NCBI GenBank assembly: GCA_034722055.1 | Contig: JAYENL010000038.1 | Coordinates: forward strand, 33,744-97,743 | Origin: Armatimonadota bacterium | GTDB lineage: Bacteria; Armatimonadota; Zipacnadia; Zipacnadales; UBA5352 | Reading direction: 5' to 3' | DNA: 64,000 bases | Shown: positions 36,454-45,435 of the stretch, in pieces | Numbering within the stretch: position 1 is the first letter of the stretch | Layout of the letters: every line of letters begins with the position of its first letter | Translations under genes and position numbers: made by a program | The notes under the pieces: model-generated | The model's input: only the letters and a program-made list of their open reading frames with translations | What the model was told of the DNA's origin: nothing | Database searches by the model: none

Positions 36454-38724
36454 ATGAAGCTGGCCGATACCATCCCGTTCTCGACCGACCTTCGCTCGCC
36501 GCTGTGGACGGAGATCGCCTGCCGCCCCGGCGCCCGCCCGGAGGCAGGCGATGTGCGCATCGACGGCTCCTGGGAGGTGGTGGCTGAGGCCGAGGAGCCG
36601 GCTGTTGCCGCCGCTGCGGATACGCTCGAGGACGTCCTTCACCTCTCATACGGCGTTCCCAGGGCCAGAGCCGCCGAGCGGCCGATCCTGCTGCGCATTG
36701 ACCCGACGCTGGGCGCCAGTCCCGAGGTTCACTCCCTGCGGGTAGGCGAGGACGGAATCGAGGTCCGGGGCGCGGGGCCAGCAGGGGTGCTGCATGGTGT
36801 CTTCCGGCTTATCGGGCTGATGCGCGAGCGTGGCGGACCCTTCGTGCCGCCCGTGGAGGAGACGCGGAGGCCGCTGTTCCGCCACCGCATCCACCGCTCG
36901 CCCCTGTCCCCGTTCTACGTGGAGGAGCTGACCGGTTATGCGGGGCCGCCCTTTGAGAGCAAGTGGCGGGAGACGGAGTGCGAGTATCCAGCGTGGCTCG
37001 AGGAGGACGCCGGGCCCGACAGCTTCTACGACGACAATCTGCTCCTGCGGCTGGCGATGCACGGCTTCAACGGCATCTGGATCCGCGGCGCGCTGCGCAA
37101 GTTCGCCAGGTGCGAGGTCTTCCCGGAGTTCGGCGCGGACGCCGAGCGCATCCTGTCCGAGCTGCAGCGCCTGTGCCGCCGGGCGGCCCGGTTCGGCATC
37201 CGCGTCTTCCTGTATCTGAACGAGCCCATGGGCCTGGATGAGGATGACCCGTTCTGGCAGCGCCACCCGCAGGTAAAGGGCCCGCTGTGTCACCTCAAGC
37301 CCGTCAACTACCTGTGCAGCAGCACGCAGGAGGTGAAGGACTACCTCCGCCAGTCCTGCGAGTACGTCTTCACGCACGTCCCGGAGCTCGCCGGCGTGCT
37401 GCTTATCACCGCCTCGGAGTATCCCAGCCATTGCTACTGCCACACCAAGCGTCCCGGCAGCGCCGAGCAGCTTGAGGAGATGATCGAGGAGGGTCAGCTC
37501 TGCCCGCGCTGCGCCGAGCGGACGCCCCAGGAGGTCGTCGGCGAGATCATCACCCTCATCCGCGACGGCGTGAAGGCCGCCAAGCCTCAGGCCGGGGTCA
37601 TCGCCTGGAACTGGAGCTGGAACATGTACGAGCCCGACCCTCAGCGGGGCGTCCTGGAGCAGCTTCCCGACGACGTCATCGTCATGGGGGATTTCGAGCG
37701 CGGGCAGCCCACCTCGGCGCTGGACTTCGAGTACACCAATGACGAGTACTCCATCAAGGTCATCGGTCCCTCGCCGCGCTTCACTGGCGTGGCGGACTTT
37801 CAGCGCGAGCGCGATCTGCCCGTCTACGCCAAGGTCCAGATCGGCACCACGCACGAGAACCCCGACGTGCCCTACCTCCCGGCGCTGCAGAAGATCGCCC
37901 GCAAGTGGCAGGCGCTCGTGGAGTCCGGCTGCACCGGCATGATGACCTGCTGGAACTTCGGCAATATGCCCTCCCTGGCCACCGAGGTCGCCGGGGAGAT
38001 GACCTGGGACCCGCAGCCACAGGTGGAAGAGGCGCTGAACAGGGTTGCCGCCAGGCACTTCGGGCCGGAGGCCGCCGGGAAGATGGTGGCCGGCTGGGAG
38101 AAGCTCTGCCAGGCGCAGGACGACTTCCCCACCAGCATCCCGGTGATGTACTACGGTCCGGTCTCGCGCGGTCCGGCCTTCCACCTGGTCTTCGACCAGA
38201 TCGACCGCAAGTTCCCCCGCTCATGGATGCTGGATACCGACGTGGAGGGCGATCGGCTGGACTGGGTGCAGCCCTTCGGTGCCCAGAAGGTGCTGGAGTG
38301 CTACCGTGCGGTTGCCGAGCAGTGGGCTGAGGGCCTGGAGCTGATGGAGCCGGCGCTGGAGGAGGCGCAGGGATGGCCCCGGGAGCAGCTTGCTCGGGAG
38401 ATCAGCGTGGCCCGGTTCTGCCTCTCACAGCTTGTCAGCGCCGCGAACGTCACGGGCTTCCTGCTGGCACGCAACGCCTTCTATGCCTCCGATGATCCCC
38501 GCGAGAGGCGCAGGCTGCTGGATCGGATGGACCTGATCTGCCGCGATGAGCTTGAGAACGCGTCGTCGGCGATCCCGCTGTGTGAGGCGGACTCCCGGCT
38601 GGGGTGGCATGGGGAGGCGTACGGGTATCTCATCAACCGGGAGCTGATCGAGCGCAAGCTGGAGGGCCTCCGGGAGATCGTGGAGCACCGCATACCCGCG
38701 GAGCGCGCGAAGCTGAGCGAGTGA
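36454..38724 (+). CDS. Uncharacterised cytoplasmic glycosidase-like protein (GH20/GH67-type N-domain plus predicted TIM barrel)
   Basis: GGAGG precedes ATG 36454. Motifs GVLHGVFRL...RRPLF, GFNGIW, FLYLNEP and DEYS. No signal peptide. Confidence 0.65.
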   Translation: MKLADTIPFSTDLRSPLWTEIACRPGARPEAGDVRIDGSWEVVAEAEEPAVAAAADTLEDVLHLSYGVPRARAAERPILLRIDPTLGASPEVHSLRVGEDGIEVRGAGPAGVLHGVFRLIGLMRERGGPFVPPVEETRRPLFRHRIHRSPLSPFYVEELTGYAGPPFESKWRETECEYPAWLEEDAGPDSFYDDNLLLRLAMHGFNGIWIRGALRKFARCEVFPEFGADAERILSELQRLCRRAARFGIRVFLYLNEPMGLDEDDPFWQRHPQVKGPLCHLKPVNYLCSSTQEVKDYLRQSCEYVFTHVPELAGVLLITASEYPSHCYCHTKRPGSAEQLEEMIEEGQLCPRCAERTPQEVVGEIITLIRDGVKAAKPQAGVIAWNWSWNMYEPDPQRGVLEQLPDDVIVMGDFERGQPTSALDFEYTNDEYSIKVIGPSPRFTGVADFQRERDLPVYAKVQIGTTHENPDVPYLPALQKIARKWQALVESGCTGMMTCWNFGNMPSLATEVAGEMTWDPQPQVEEALNRVAARHFGPEAAGKMVAGWEKLCQAQDDFPTSIPVMYYGPVSRGPAFHLVFDQIDRKFPRSWMLDTDVEGDRLDWVQPFGAQKVLECYRAVAEQWAEGLELMEPALEEAQGWPREQLAREISVARFCLSQLVSAANVTGFLLARNAFYASDDPRERRRLLDRMDLICRDELENASSAIPLCEADSRLGWHGEAYGYLINRELIERKLEGLREIVEHRIPAERAKLSE

Positions 38725-38748
38725 TCCCGGCCAGGGGGTGACCATGCG

Positions 38749-38868
38749 ATGGGTGATGGTAAGCGGATGAGCCGGCGCGAGGCCATTCAGCGGATGGCGC
38801 TGGCGGCGGCCGGTGTGGGTCTGTGCGTGAGCCGCGGTGCCTGGCGCCAGCAGCGGCGGACCACGTAG
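38749..38868 (+). pseudogene. Orphan twin-arginine signal peptide (39 codons), probable gene relic
   Basis: MGDGKRMSRREAIQRMALAAAGVGLCVSRGAWRQQRRTT*, following a GGGGGTG RBS-like sequence. Confidence 0.5.
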
Positions 38869-38915
38869 CAGACGTGGCCCCGAAGCCACTGCCCGCTGAC
38901 AGGGAGTCTCTCACG

Positions 38916-41900
38916 ATGCGCTGTCTGCTCCTGCTTGTCTGTCTGGTGGCACCCATCGCAGCCGCTCGCGCCGAGAGCTTCGTCGAGGGGTTCGAGGATG
39001 ATCCGGGCGACGCGTGGGAGCTGCGCAGCCATGAGCCCGGCCGGGCGGCCTTCGATGACGGCCGGCTGGTGCTGGACCTGACCGCGGCCGAGAAGGGCAA
39101 GTGGGCGTGGGCCCTGCTGCACCGCTCGATTGCCCTTCCCGCCACGGTCCGATGGCGCCAGCAGCTCGCGCACGACAGCCCCCACACCTACCTCTGCGGC
39201 CTGGCAGTGATGCGGCGGTCCGGGCAGTGGTCGGGGATCAACGTCGGACTGGGGGGCGGCGGCCTGGATGATTGCGTGGTGCTGGGAAGCCAGCGGGCGG
39301 CCGAGGGACAGGTGCGGCAGGGCCGCTGGTATCGGATGACCCTCACGCTCTCATCCAGCGAGCAGATCCTCGTGGTAACGGCGGAGGGGGCGGACGAGCC
39401 GCTGGCGACGGCCCGCGAGCACCGAGCGCTCACCCGGGGGCCCTACTTCCTGCGCTTCTTCCAGAACGACCACCGCCTGGGACGCGACATGCCGGACGAG
39501 TACGAGCAGGACCGCGGCGCCACCTGGATCGACGACCTGCAGGTGGAGGCGCAGGAGATTCAGGTTGCATCGCCTCCACCACCGGGAACCAGCAATCCCC
39601 TGGCGATTCCGGTGGTCTACAACCGCGCCACGCGGTGGTTGACGAGCGAGGATGGGCTCTCGGGCGGCTGCATCGCCTGGGAGGCGGTCGGGGAGATGCT
39701 GCTGACCGGCGAGTCCGGCGTCTCCCGCTGGCTGCGGCTGCGCCGGTGGGTGCTGTCGAAGGTTCCCCACTGGCCGGACCAGCCCACCATCCGGCACGTG
39801 GACGGCCGGACCACCGACTTCCTGCTGCCTGAGGGCGAGACGGAGGCCACCTTCGCGCTGCGGGCCCTGCAGTGGAACCTGGACCAGCATCCCCGGTTGC
39901 GATGGTCGGCTCAGCCACGGGGCGTCTCCTGGTCGATGGCCGTGAGCGCTACGGACGGCGTGCATCCCTTCGTGTGGCGACTGGCGGAGACCGAGGAGGC
40001 CCACGCGCCCTCGGAGGGGGAGCTCGACCTCCGCGAGATCTATCGCGCCTCCGGACGTCCGAATGCGCGCGCGGAGATGGACTTCGTGATCACTATCCGA
40101 GCCACTGACAACGCTGGCCGGCGGCCGGGGCTGGCGCTGAGGCTCATCATGCCGGGCGCCAACGCCGTGCTCCCTCGCACTCCGGTAGTCGTTCCCGTGG
40201 ATGCCGCCCGGCAGGGCGTGCCACTGGAGGCGGTCGTTGTCGGCTCAGACGGTGCGCTCATGGCTGACGGACAGGTTCAGGCCACCGTGGATGGCCGACC
40301 CGTTGATCTGCAGCTCGTTGACGAGAGCGGCCTGCGCGGGGCGGAGCTGGTCGCCCTGCCAGTTGGTGGTCACGAGATCCCGCTCCGGGCCACGAACGCT
40401 GACGGCGAGACGCTGGCCACCGGCAGTGCCACAGTCACTGTGACAGACCTGGACTTCCTCAGCCATTACGAGCGCGCCAAGCGCAGCTACTGCACCCCCG
40501 ATGGCGAGGCGGCCGGCCCGCTGCTGGGCGACCTGTTTGCCTGGGTGCTCTACGAGGACATCGCCGGTCCGGACCGCCGCATGATCCTGGGCCTGGACGA
40601 CTACCGTCGCTGCGCGCGGGCCGGAGCGGATGTTACGCAGACCAAGTGGCGGGTGATGCCGCGGGCGGCCATCGAGCGCTACGTGGAGCACCTGGCTGAG
40701 AGCGGCGTCGAGGTCATCCGTATCACCCCGAACGTGCAGGTGCGCGAGTACTACCTCGACGCCGGTGGGCACCTGGCGATGCACGGGCTGGAGCAGCTCA
40801 GCGACATCCTTGACGCGGGGCGCCGACACGGAATTCGGGCGGTCATCAACCTCTTCCACTACCCCTACAACCAGTTCGGCCCGCCGGTGAACGCCTACTT
40901 CGAGGCCGGCTATCCGGACGAGATGGGGTGGCGCAGCGACGAGATGTGGGCCCTGCTGTCGCAGTATCTGCACGAGCTGCTGGGCTTCATCGGCTCCGAT
41001 CCGGCGGTAATGGCCTACACCGTCATGGGCGAGAACGACCAGGTCCTGCCGGTGGAGTGGCTCAACCGAGCTCACGACTTCATCAAGCAGCGTGCGCCGC
41101 GGCAGATGGTGGTGCTCGAGCAGGGCGGCGACATCTTCAACTGCCGCGAGGGGCACCCCGCAAGCTACGCTGAGTTCGCTCCCGCCACCGACGGCGGAGT
41201 GGGGTATCGGGCGTATCAGACCAGGCAGTACCCCACGGACTGCTTCATGGCGGTCTGTGCCCGCTTCTATGACCTGGCGCCGCCGAGCTACCATGGAGAG
41301 ATGGCGTGTGGCATCAAGGTGACCCCGCAGTTTCAGGTCAAGCTGCGGGACGCCATGGGTCTGGCGCTGACCCTGCAGCAGACGATGGCCATCTCGTGGT
41401 CGGCCCCGCCGCTGGAGGAGCTGCGGGGGGCTTTTGCCGAGGCGGGGAATCTGGTAGACTGGACGCGATTCCGCCGGGCGCAGCCGCCGGTGGCCATGGT
41501 AGTTGACACGATAGACGGCGAGACCGCCCGCCGCCTGGTGGAGTACGAGGAGATGCTCCAGGCGCTGGCGGTGGACTGCGAGTACATCGGGCCTGAGGCC
41601 GACCGCAACGGCTACCTGGTGACGCTGGACGCGCGAGAGGAGATCCCGCCGAAGGCTGAGGAGGCGCTGCGGCGGGCGGCAGAGGCGGCATCGCCGCTGC
41701 GCGTGAGCGCGGGGAATCACACCACCTACGCACTCTCGTCGGATCGGCGCTGGATGGTCGCCTACGTACGCAACGCCACGCGCTACGAGGTGATGGAGTG
41801 TGACATTCGCGCCGTCGAGCGCTGCCGAATGCCGGACCGACCCAGGCGGCTGCGCGTGACGCTCCAGGGGTTTGGGGCCTCCTGTCGCTATCGCGTCTGG

Positions 41901-42011
41901 GATGCCGCAACGGCGGCGGTGGTGCAGGAGGGGAGTGTCCGGGAAGGTGTGGAGCTAGATCTGGGAGAAACCAACATCGATGTGCTCGTCGGCGTCTTCC
42001 CCCAGGAGTAA
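38916..42011 (+). CDS. Secreted multidomain protein with a GH5/clan GH-A-like catalytic domain
   Basis: ATG 38916 after GGGAG, with a signal peptide. GVEVIRI...LEQLSDILDAGRRHGIRAVINLF...DPAVMAYTVMGE is clan GH-A-like. Confidence 0.65.
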   Translation: MRCLLLLVCLVAPIAAARAESFVEGFEDDPGDAWELRSHEPGRAAFDDGRLVLDLTAAEKGKWAWALLHRSIALPATVRWRQQLAHDSPHTYLCGLAVMRRSGQWSGINVGLGGGGLDDCVVLGSQRAAEGQVRQGRWYRMTLTLSSSEQILVVTAEGADEPLATAREHRALTRGPYFLRFFQNDHRLGRDMPDEYEQDRGATWIDDLQVEAQEIQVASPPPPGTSNPLAIPVVYNRATRWLTSEDGLSGGCIAWEAVGEMLLTGESGVSRWLRLRRWVLSKVPHWPDQPTIRHVDGRTTDFLLPEGETEATFALRALQWNLDQHPRLRWSAQPRGVSWSMAVSATDGVHPFVWRLAETEEAHAPSEGELDLREIYRASGRPNARAEMDFVITIRATDNAGRRPGLALRLIMPGANAVLPRTPVVVPVDAARQGVPLEAVVVGSDGALMADGQVQATVDGRPVDLQLVDESGLRGAELVALPVGGHEIPLRATNADGETLATGSATVTVTDLDFLSHYERAKRSYCTPDGEAAGPLLGDLFAWVLYEDIAGPDRRMILGLDDYRRCARAGADVTQTKWRVMPRAAIERYVEHLAESGVEVIRITPNVQVREYYLDAGGHLAMHGLEQLSDILDAGRRHGIRAVINLFHYPYNQFGPPVNAYFEAGYPDEMGWRSDEMWALLSQYLHELLGFIGSDPAVMAYTVMGENDQVLPVEWLNRAHDFIKQRAPRQMVVLEQGGDIFNCREGHPASYAEFAPATDGGVGYRAYQTRQYPTDCFMAVCARFYDLAPPSYHGEMACGIKVTPQFQVKLRDAMGLALTLQQTMAISWSAPPLEELRGAFAEAGNLVDWTRFRRAQPPVAMVVDTIDGETARRLVEYEEMLQALAVDCEYIGPEADRNGYLVTLDAREEIPPKAEEALRRAAEAASPLRVSAGNHTTYALSSDRRWMVAYVRNATRYEVMECDIRAVERCRMPDRPRRLRVTLQGFGASCRYRVWDAATAAVVQEGSVREGVELDLGETNIDVLVGVFPQE

Positions 42012-42203
42012 GGTCGAGTGCTGCTTGCGGGCGTTCTGGCTTCAGGCGTGCTTCTGGTGTTGCATAGCGCTTGGGCGAGTATCGTCCTGGAGTTTGTCCG
42101 GCAGAGCGTGACCGTCGTGCCGGTAATCGTACTATTCTCCCGTCGGCTGGTCCTGCTGGACGCGCATGACCGCCGGCGGGCGTCTGAACAGGGGACAACC
42201 GTT

Positions 42204-43079
42204 GTGAGCAAGCCGCTCGTAGCCCGGATCAAGGCGCGCATTCCCAAGCCGGTAAAGGAGGCGGTGCTCAGCGCCAAGCGCCTGCCGCGTCTGATGACCA
42301 GTCACAGGCGCGTGCTGCCTGATTACATCATATTCGGCGCCATGCGGTGCGGGACATCGTCGCTGTATCACAATCTCACGGACCACCCGCAGGTGCTGCA
42401 GGCCTTCCGCAAGCAACTGCGGTTCTTTGACCGCGAGTTCCAGCGCGGGCTCGAATGGTACCGCGCTCACTTCCCGCTGCAGTCCGCCATGGAGCGCATC
42501 CAACGCGAGGCCGGAGGCGCCTTCACCGGCGAGGCAAGCCCGGAGTACATCTTCCATCCGCTGGCCCCCGAGCGCATCTCGGACACGCTCCCGAACGTAA
42601 GGCTCATCGCTCTGGTGCGCGATCCTGTAGAGCGGGCGTGGTCTCACTACAAACATGCCGTTCGCATCGAGGTAGAGAGCTTACCATTCGAAGAGGCGCT
42701 GAAGCGGGAGGACGAACGGCTGGCGGGTCAGCTCGAGCGGATGCGGAGCGACGAGTCCTGCGATCGGACCTACCAGGACTTCTCGTACATTTCGCAGGGC
42801 ATCTACGCCGAGCATCTGCAGGCCTGGTTTGAGCACTTCCCGCGGGAGCAGATTATGATCGTGCGCAGCGAGGACATGTTCGCCGAACCCCAGCGGGTGA
42901 TGTCCGAGGTCGGCGCGTTCATCGGGCTGGGCGAGTGGACGCCGGACTACAGGGCCTTCAACAGAGCGCGCCCGGGTGATATGCCGCCGGAGATCAGGCG
43001 GCGGCTGACTGAACTGTTCGCGCCACACAACGAGCGCCTCAGCGAGCTGCTGGGCAGGGACATGGCCTGGGATGAGTAG
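42204..43079 (+). CDS. PAPS-dependent sulfotransferase
   Basis: 5'-PSB PDYIIFGAMRCGTSSLY, GEASPEY and 3'-PB RDPVERAWSHY. GTG 42204 follows AGGGGA. Confidence 0.88.
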   Translation: MSKPLVARIKARIPKPVKEAVLSAKRLPRLMTSHRRVLPDYIIFGAMRCGTSSLYHNLTDHPQVLQAFRKQLRFFDREFQRGLEWYRAHFPLQSAMERIQREAGGAFTGEASPEYIFHPLAPERISDTLPNVRLIALVRDPVERAWSHYKHAVRIEVESLPFEEALKREDERLAGQLERMRSDESCDRTYQDFSYISQGIYAEHLQAWFEHFPREQIMIVRSEDMFAEPQRVMSEVGAFIGLGEWTPDYRAFNRARPGDMPPEIRRRLTELFAPHNERLSELLGRDMAWDE

Positions 43080-44088
43080 AGACGGATTCCCCGGCGGAGT
43101 AATGGTGATCTCCCTGGACTTCGAGCTCGCATGGGGCCTCCGCGGCTCGAGAGATGATGCCGGCTGGCACGCGAGGATTAAGGGGGCGCGCGAGGCAGTT
43201 CCGCGTCTTCTCGACGTCTTGGCCAGCCACGCCGCGCACGCCACGTGGGGCGCCGTTGGGATGCTCGCGCTTGAGGGATGGGAGGAGCTGCGGGCGAGCC
43301 TGCCGGAGGTGCGAGGTGACTTCGAGGGCCCCGACCTCTGTGCGTACGAGTACATCCGGCACGTCGAGGGCCGCGAGGGAGAGGAGCAGTTGCACTTCGC
43401 TCCGGAGCTGATAGGCGCCATCGCTGACGCGCCCGGACAGGAGTTGGCCACGCACACGTTCTCGCACTACCACTGCGTCGAGCCGGGGCACACGACCGCC
43501 GCCTTCGAGGCCGATCTGCTGGCCTCGCTGGACGTGCTGGGTCGCATCGGGCCCCGGCCGCAGAGCATCATCTTTCCGAAGAACCAGGTGGCCGAAGACT
43601 GCCTGCGCGTCTGCGCAGGCCACGGCATCGTAGCATATCGCGGCAACGCGCCGGGCTGGCTGGCGAGGCCGCGCCACAGCCGCGAGCGGGCGCGCGGTCT
43701 GCGCCGCGGCCTGCGAGTGCTGGACGAGGTGCTGCCCCTGTCGGGCCACAACTGCTATCCCCCGGCCAGCATTGCCAGTGGGACCCCACAGGACGTGACC
43801 GCCAGTCGCCTCTTTCGCCCGGGGCGCCTGCGTGGGCAGGCGTTCGACAGGCTGCTGCTGCGGCGCATCACCAGCAGTATGAGCTACGCCGCCAGGCGGG
43901 GGCTCGTCTACCACCTGTGGTGGCACCCGCACAACTTCGGCATCGCCACCGAGCGCAAGCTGGCGCTGCTCCAGGAGGTTCTGACGACGTTGGAGCACCT
44001 GCGTGACGAGCGTGGGATGATGAGCATGACCATGCTGGAGGCGGCTCGGGCGACGGCGCCAGCGGGGGCGGGAGCGGTGGAAGGATGA
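43072..44088 (+). CDS. Polysaccharide deacetylase family protein
   Basis: Motifs ISLDFELAWG, ATWGAVG, QELATHTFSHY and YHLWWHPHNFG. Confidence 0.88.
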   Translation: MSRDGFPGGVMVISLDFELAWGLRGSRDDAGWHARIKGAREAVPRLLDVLASHAAHATWGAVGMLALEGWEELRASLPEVRGDFEGPDLCAYEYIRHVEGREGEEQLHFAPELIGAIADAPGQELATHTFSHYHCVEPGHTTAAFEADLLASLDVLGRIGPRPQSIIFPKNQVAEDCLRVCAGHGIVAYRGNAPGWLARPRHSRERARGLRRGLRVLDEVLPLSGHNCYPPASIASGTPQDVTASRLFRPGRLRGQAFDRLLLRRITSSMSYAARRGLVYHLWWHPHNFGIATERKLALLQEVLTTLEHLRDERGMMSMTMLEAARATAPAGAGAVEG

Positions 44089-45275
44089 GACTGGTCGTGG
44101 CCGCGCAGCAGAAGCTGCTGGAGCGCGATGGTGACTACGTCGCCGCGACGAAGGGCTACGAGCGGCTCTTCGGCCGCTACTTCGAGGTCTTCGAAGAGGT
44201 GGTTGTACTCGCGCAGACCATCGACGAGGCGGACTGGGAGGGGATACGGGCCACCGGCCCCGGGGTGTCGATTGTGCCACTGCCCCGCATCGGCCGTTCG
44301 CTGCAGCTTGTGGTGGGCCTGCCGACAATCGAGCGGCGGCTCGCGGAAATGCGCCTCCCTGACGACGCCTATCTGCTGCGATTCCCGGGAGTCGTCGCGG
44401 ATGTGCTTGGACGGCGGCTCATTCGGGAGGGGCGGCCGTTCGGGATCGAGGTGGCCGGCGACCCGCACCTGACCTTCGGCCCCGAAGGCCACCGGCACCC
44501 GCTGGCGCCAGTGGTGCGATGGCACTTCATGAGAGTGCTGCGGCGGCAGTGTGCCAGTGCGGCAGCCGTGGCCTATACGAGCCGTTCGCAGCGAGTGCGG
44601 TATCCGCCGGCAGAGGACGCCTTCGTGACGTATTACTCCTATCTGTCGCTGCCGGAGGAGCACCTGGTGCAGAAGCCGCGGAGCTTCCCCGAGAGCGGGC
44701 ACCTCAGGCTCATCTGCGTTGCGGCGCTGCAGCGGATGTTCAAGTCCCCGGATGTCGCGATAGATGCCCTTGCCAAGTGCGTGGCCTCAGGACTTGACCT
44801 GGAGCTGGTGTGGGTCGGCGGGGGGCGATTGCTCGAGCCGATGCGTCGGCGCGCCCAACGTCGCGGAGTCGCGGGGCGGGTGACCTTCACAGGCCAGCTC
44901 CCCTCCGGGAGGCCGGTGCTTGAACAGCTTGACGCCGCTGACCTCTTCCTGCTCCCGTCTCGCGCGGAGGGTCTCCCCAGCGCGCTGTTAGAGGCCATGG
45001 CCCGCGCGCTGCCCTGCATCGCGTCGGATGTCGGCGGTATTCCGGACCTGCTGGCTGAAGACGACCTGGTACCACCCGGGAGATCGGACGCGCTGGCTCG
45101 GAGGATCATGGAGGTGGCCGGGGACCGGTCGCGAATGGAGCGCATGTCGAAACGCAATCTCCAGACGGCGTGGAACTACAGGGACGAGGTCGTGGACCAG
45201 CGCCGGAGAGCCTTCTACCAGGCTGTGAAACAGACGACGCACCAGTGGCTGGACCGGCACGGCGCGAGCCTCTGA
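44085..45275 (+). CDS. GT4-family glycosyltransferase
   Basis: ADLFLLPSRAEGLPSALLEAMA (E-X7-E) and ASDVGGIPDL. Confidence 0.9.
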   Translation: MRLVVAAQQKLLERDGDYVAATKGYERLFGRYFEVFEEVVVLAQTIDEADWEGIRATGPGVSIVPLPRIGRSLQLVVGLPTIERRLAEMRLPDDAYLLRFPGVVADVLGRRLIREGRPFGIEVAGDPHLTFGPEGHRHPLAPVVRWHFMRVLRRQCASAAAVAYTSRSQRVRYPPAEDAFVTYYSYLSLPEEHLVQKPRSFPESGHLRLICVAALQRMFKSPDVAIDALAKCVASGLDLELVWVGGGRLLEPMRRRAQRRGVAGRVTFTGQLPSGRPVLEQLDAADLFLLPSRAEGLPSALLEAMARALPCIASDVGGIPDLLAEDDLVPPGRSDALARRIMEVAGDRSRMERMSKRNLQTAWNYRDEVVDQRRRAFYQAVKQTTHQWLDRHGASL

Positions 45276-45343
45276 GTCCGCCCCTTACCAGCTACCAGCA
45301 GTCAGCTACCAGCAGCGAGCAACGAGAAACGGCTGATGCGTCG

Positions 45344-45420
45344 TAGCTGATCGCTGATAGCTGACCGCTGATAGCTGACCGCTGATAGCTGACCGCTGAT
45401 AGCTGACCGCTGATAGCTGA
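45344..45420 (+). repeat. Tandem heptamer array, 11 units alternating TAGCTGA/YCGCTGA, copy 5
   Basis: Units counted directly. The array ends 15 nt before the DUF6785 ATG. Inverted CAGCTAC units lie at 45287-45315. Confidence 0.92.
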
Positions 45421-45435
45421 GCCCTGTTATGCCTG

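Noticed and set aside
45344..45420. Tandem repeats as a CRISPR array
   Set aside because: The units are 7 nt with no unique spacers, and no cas genes are present.
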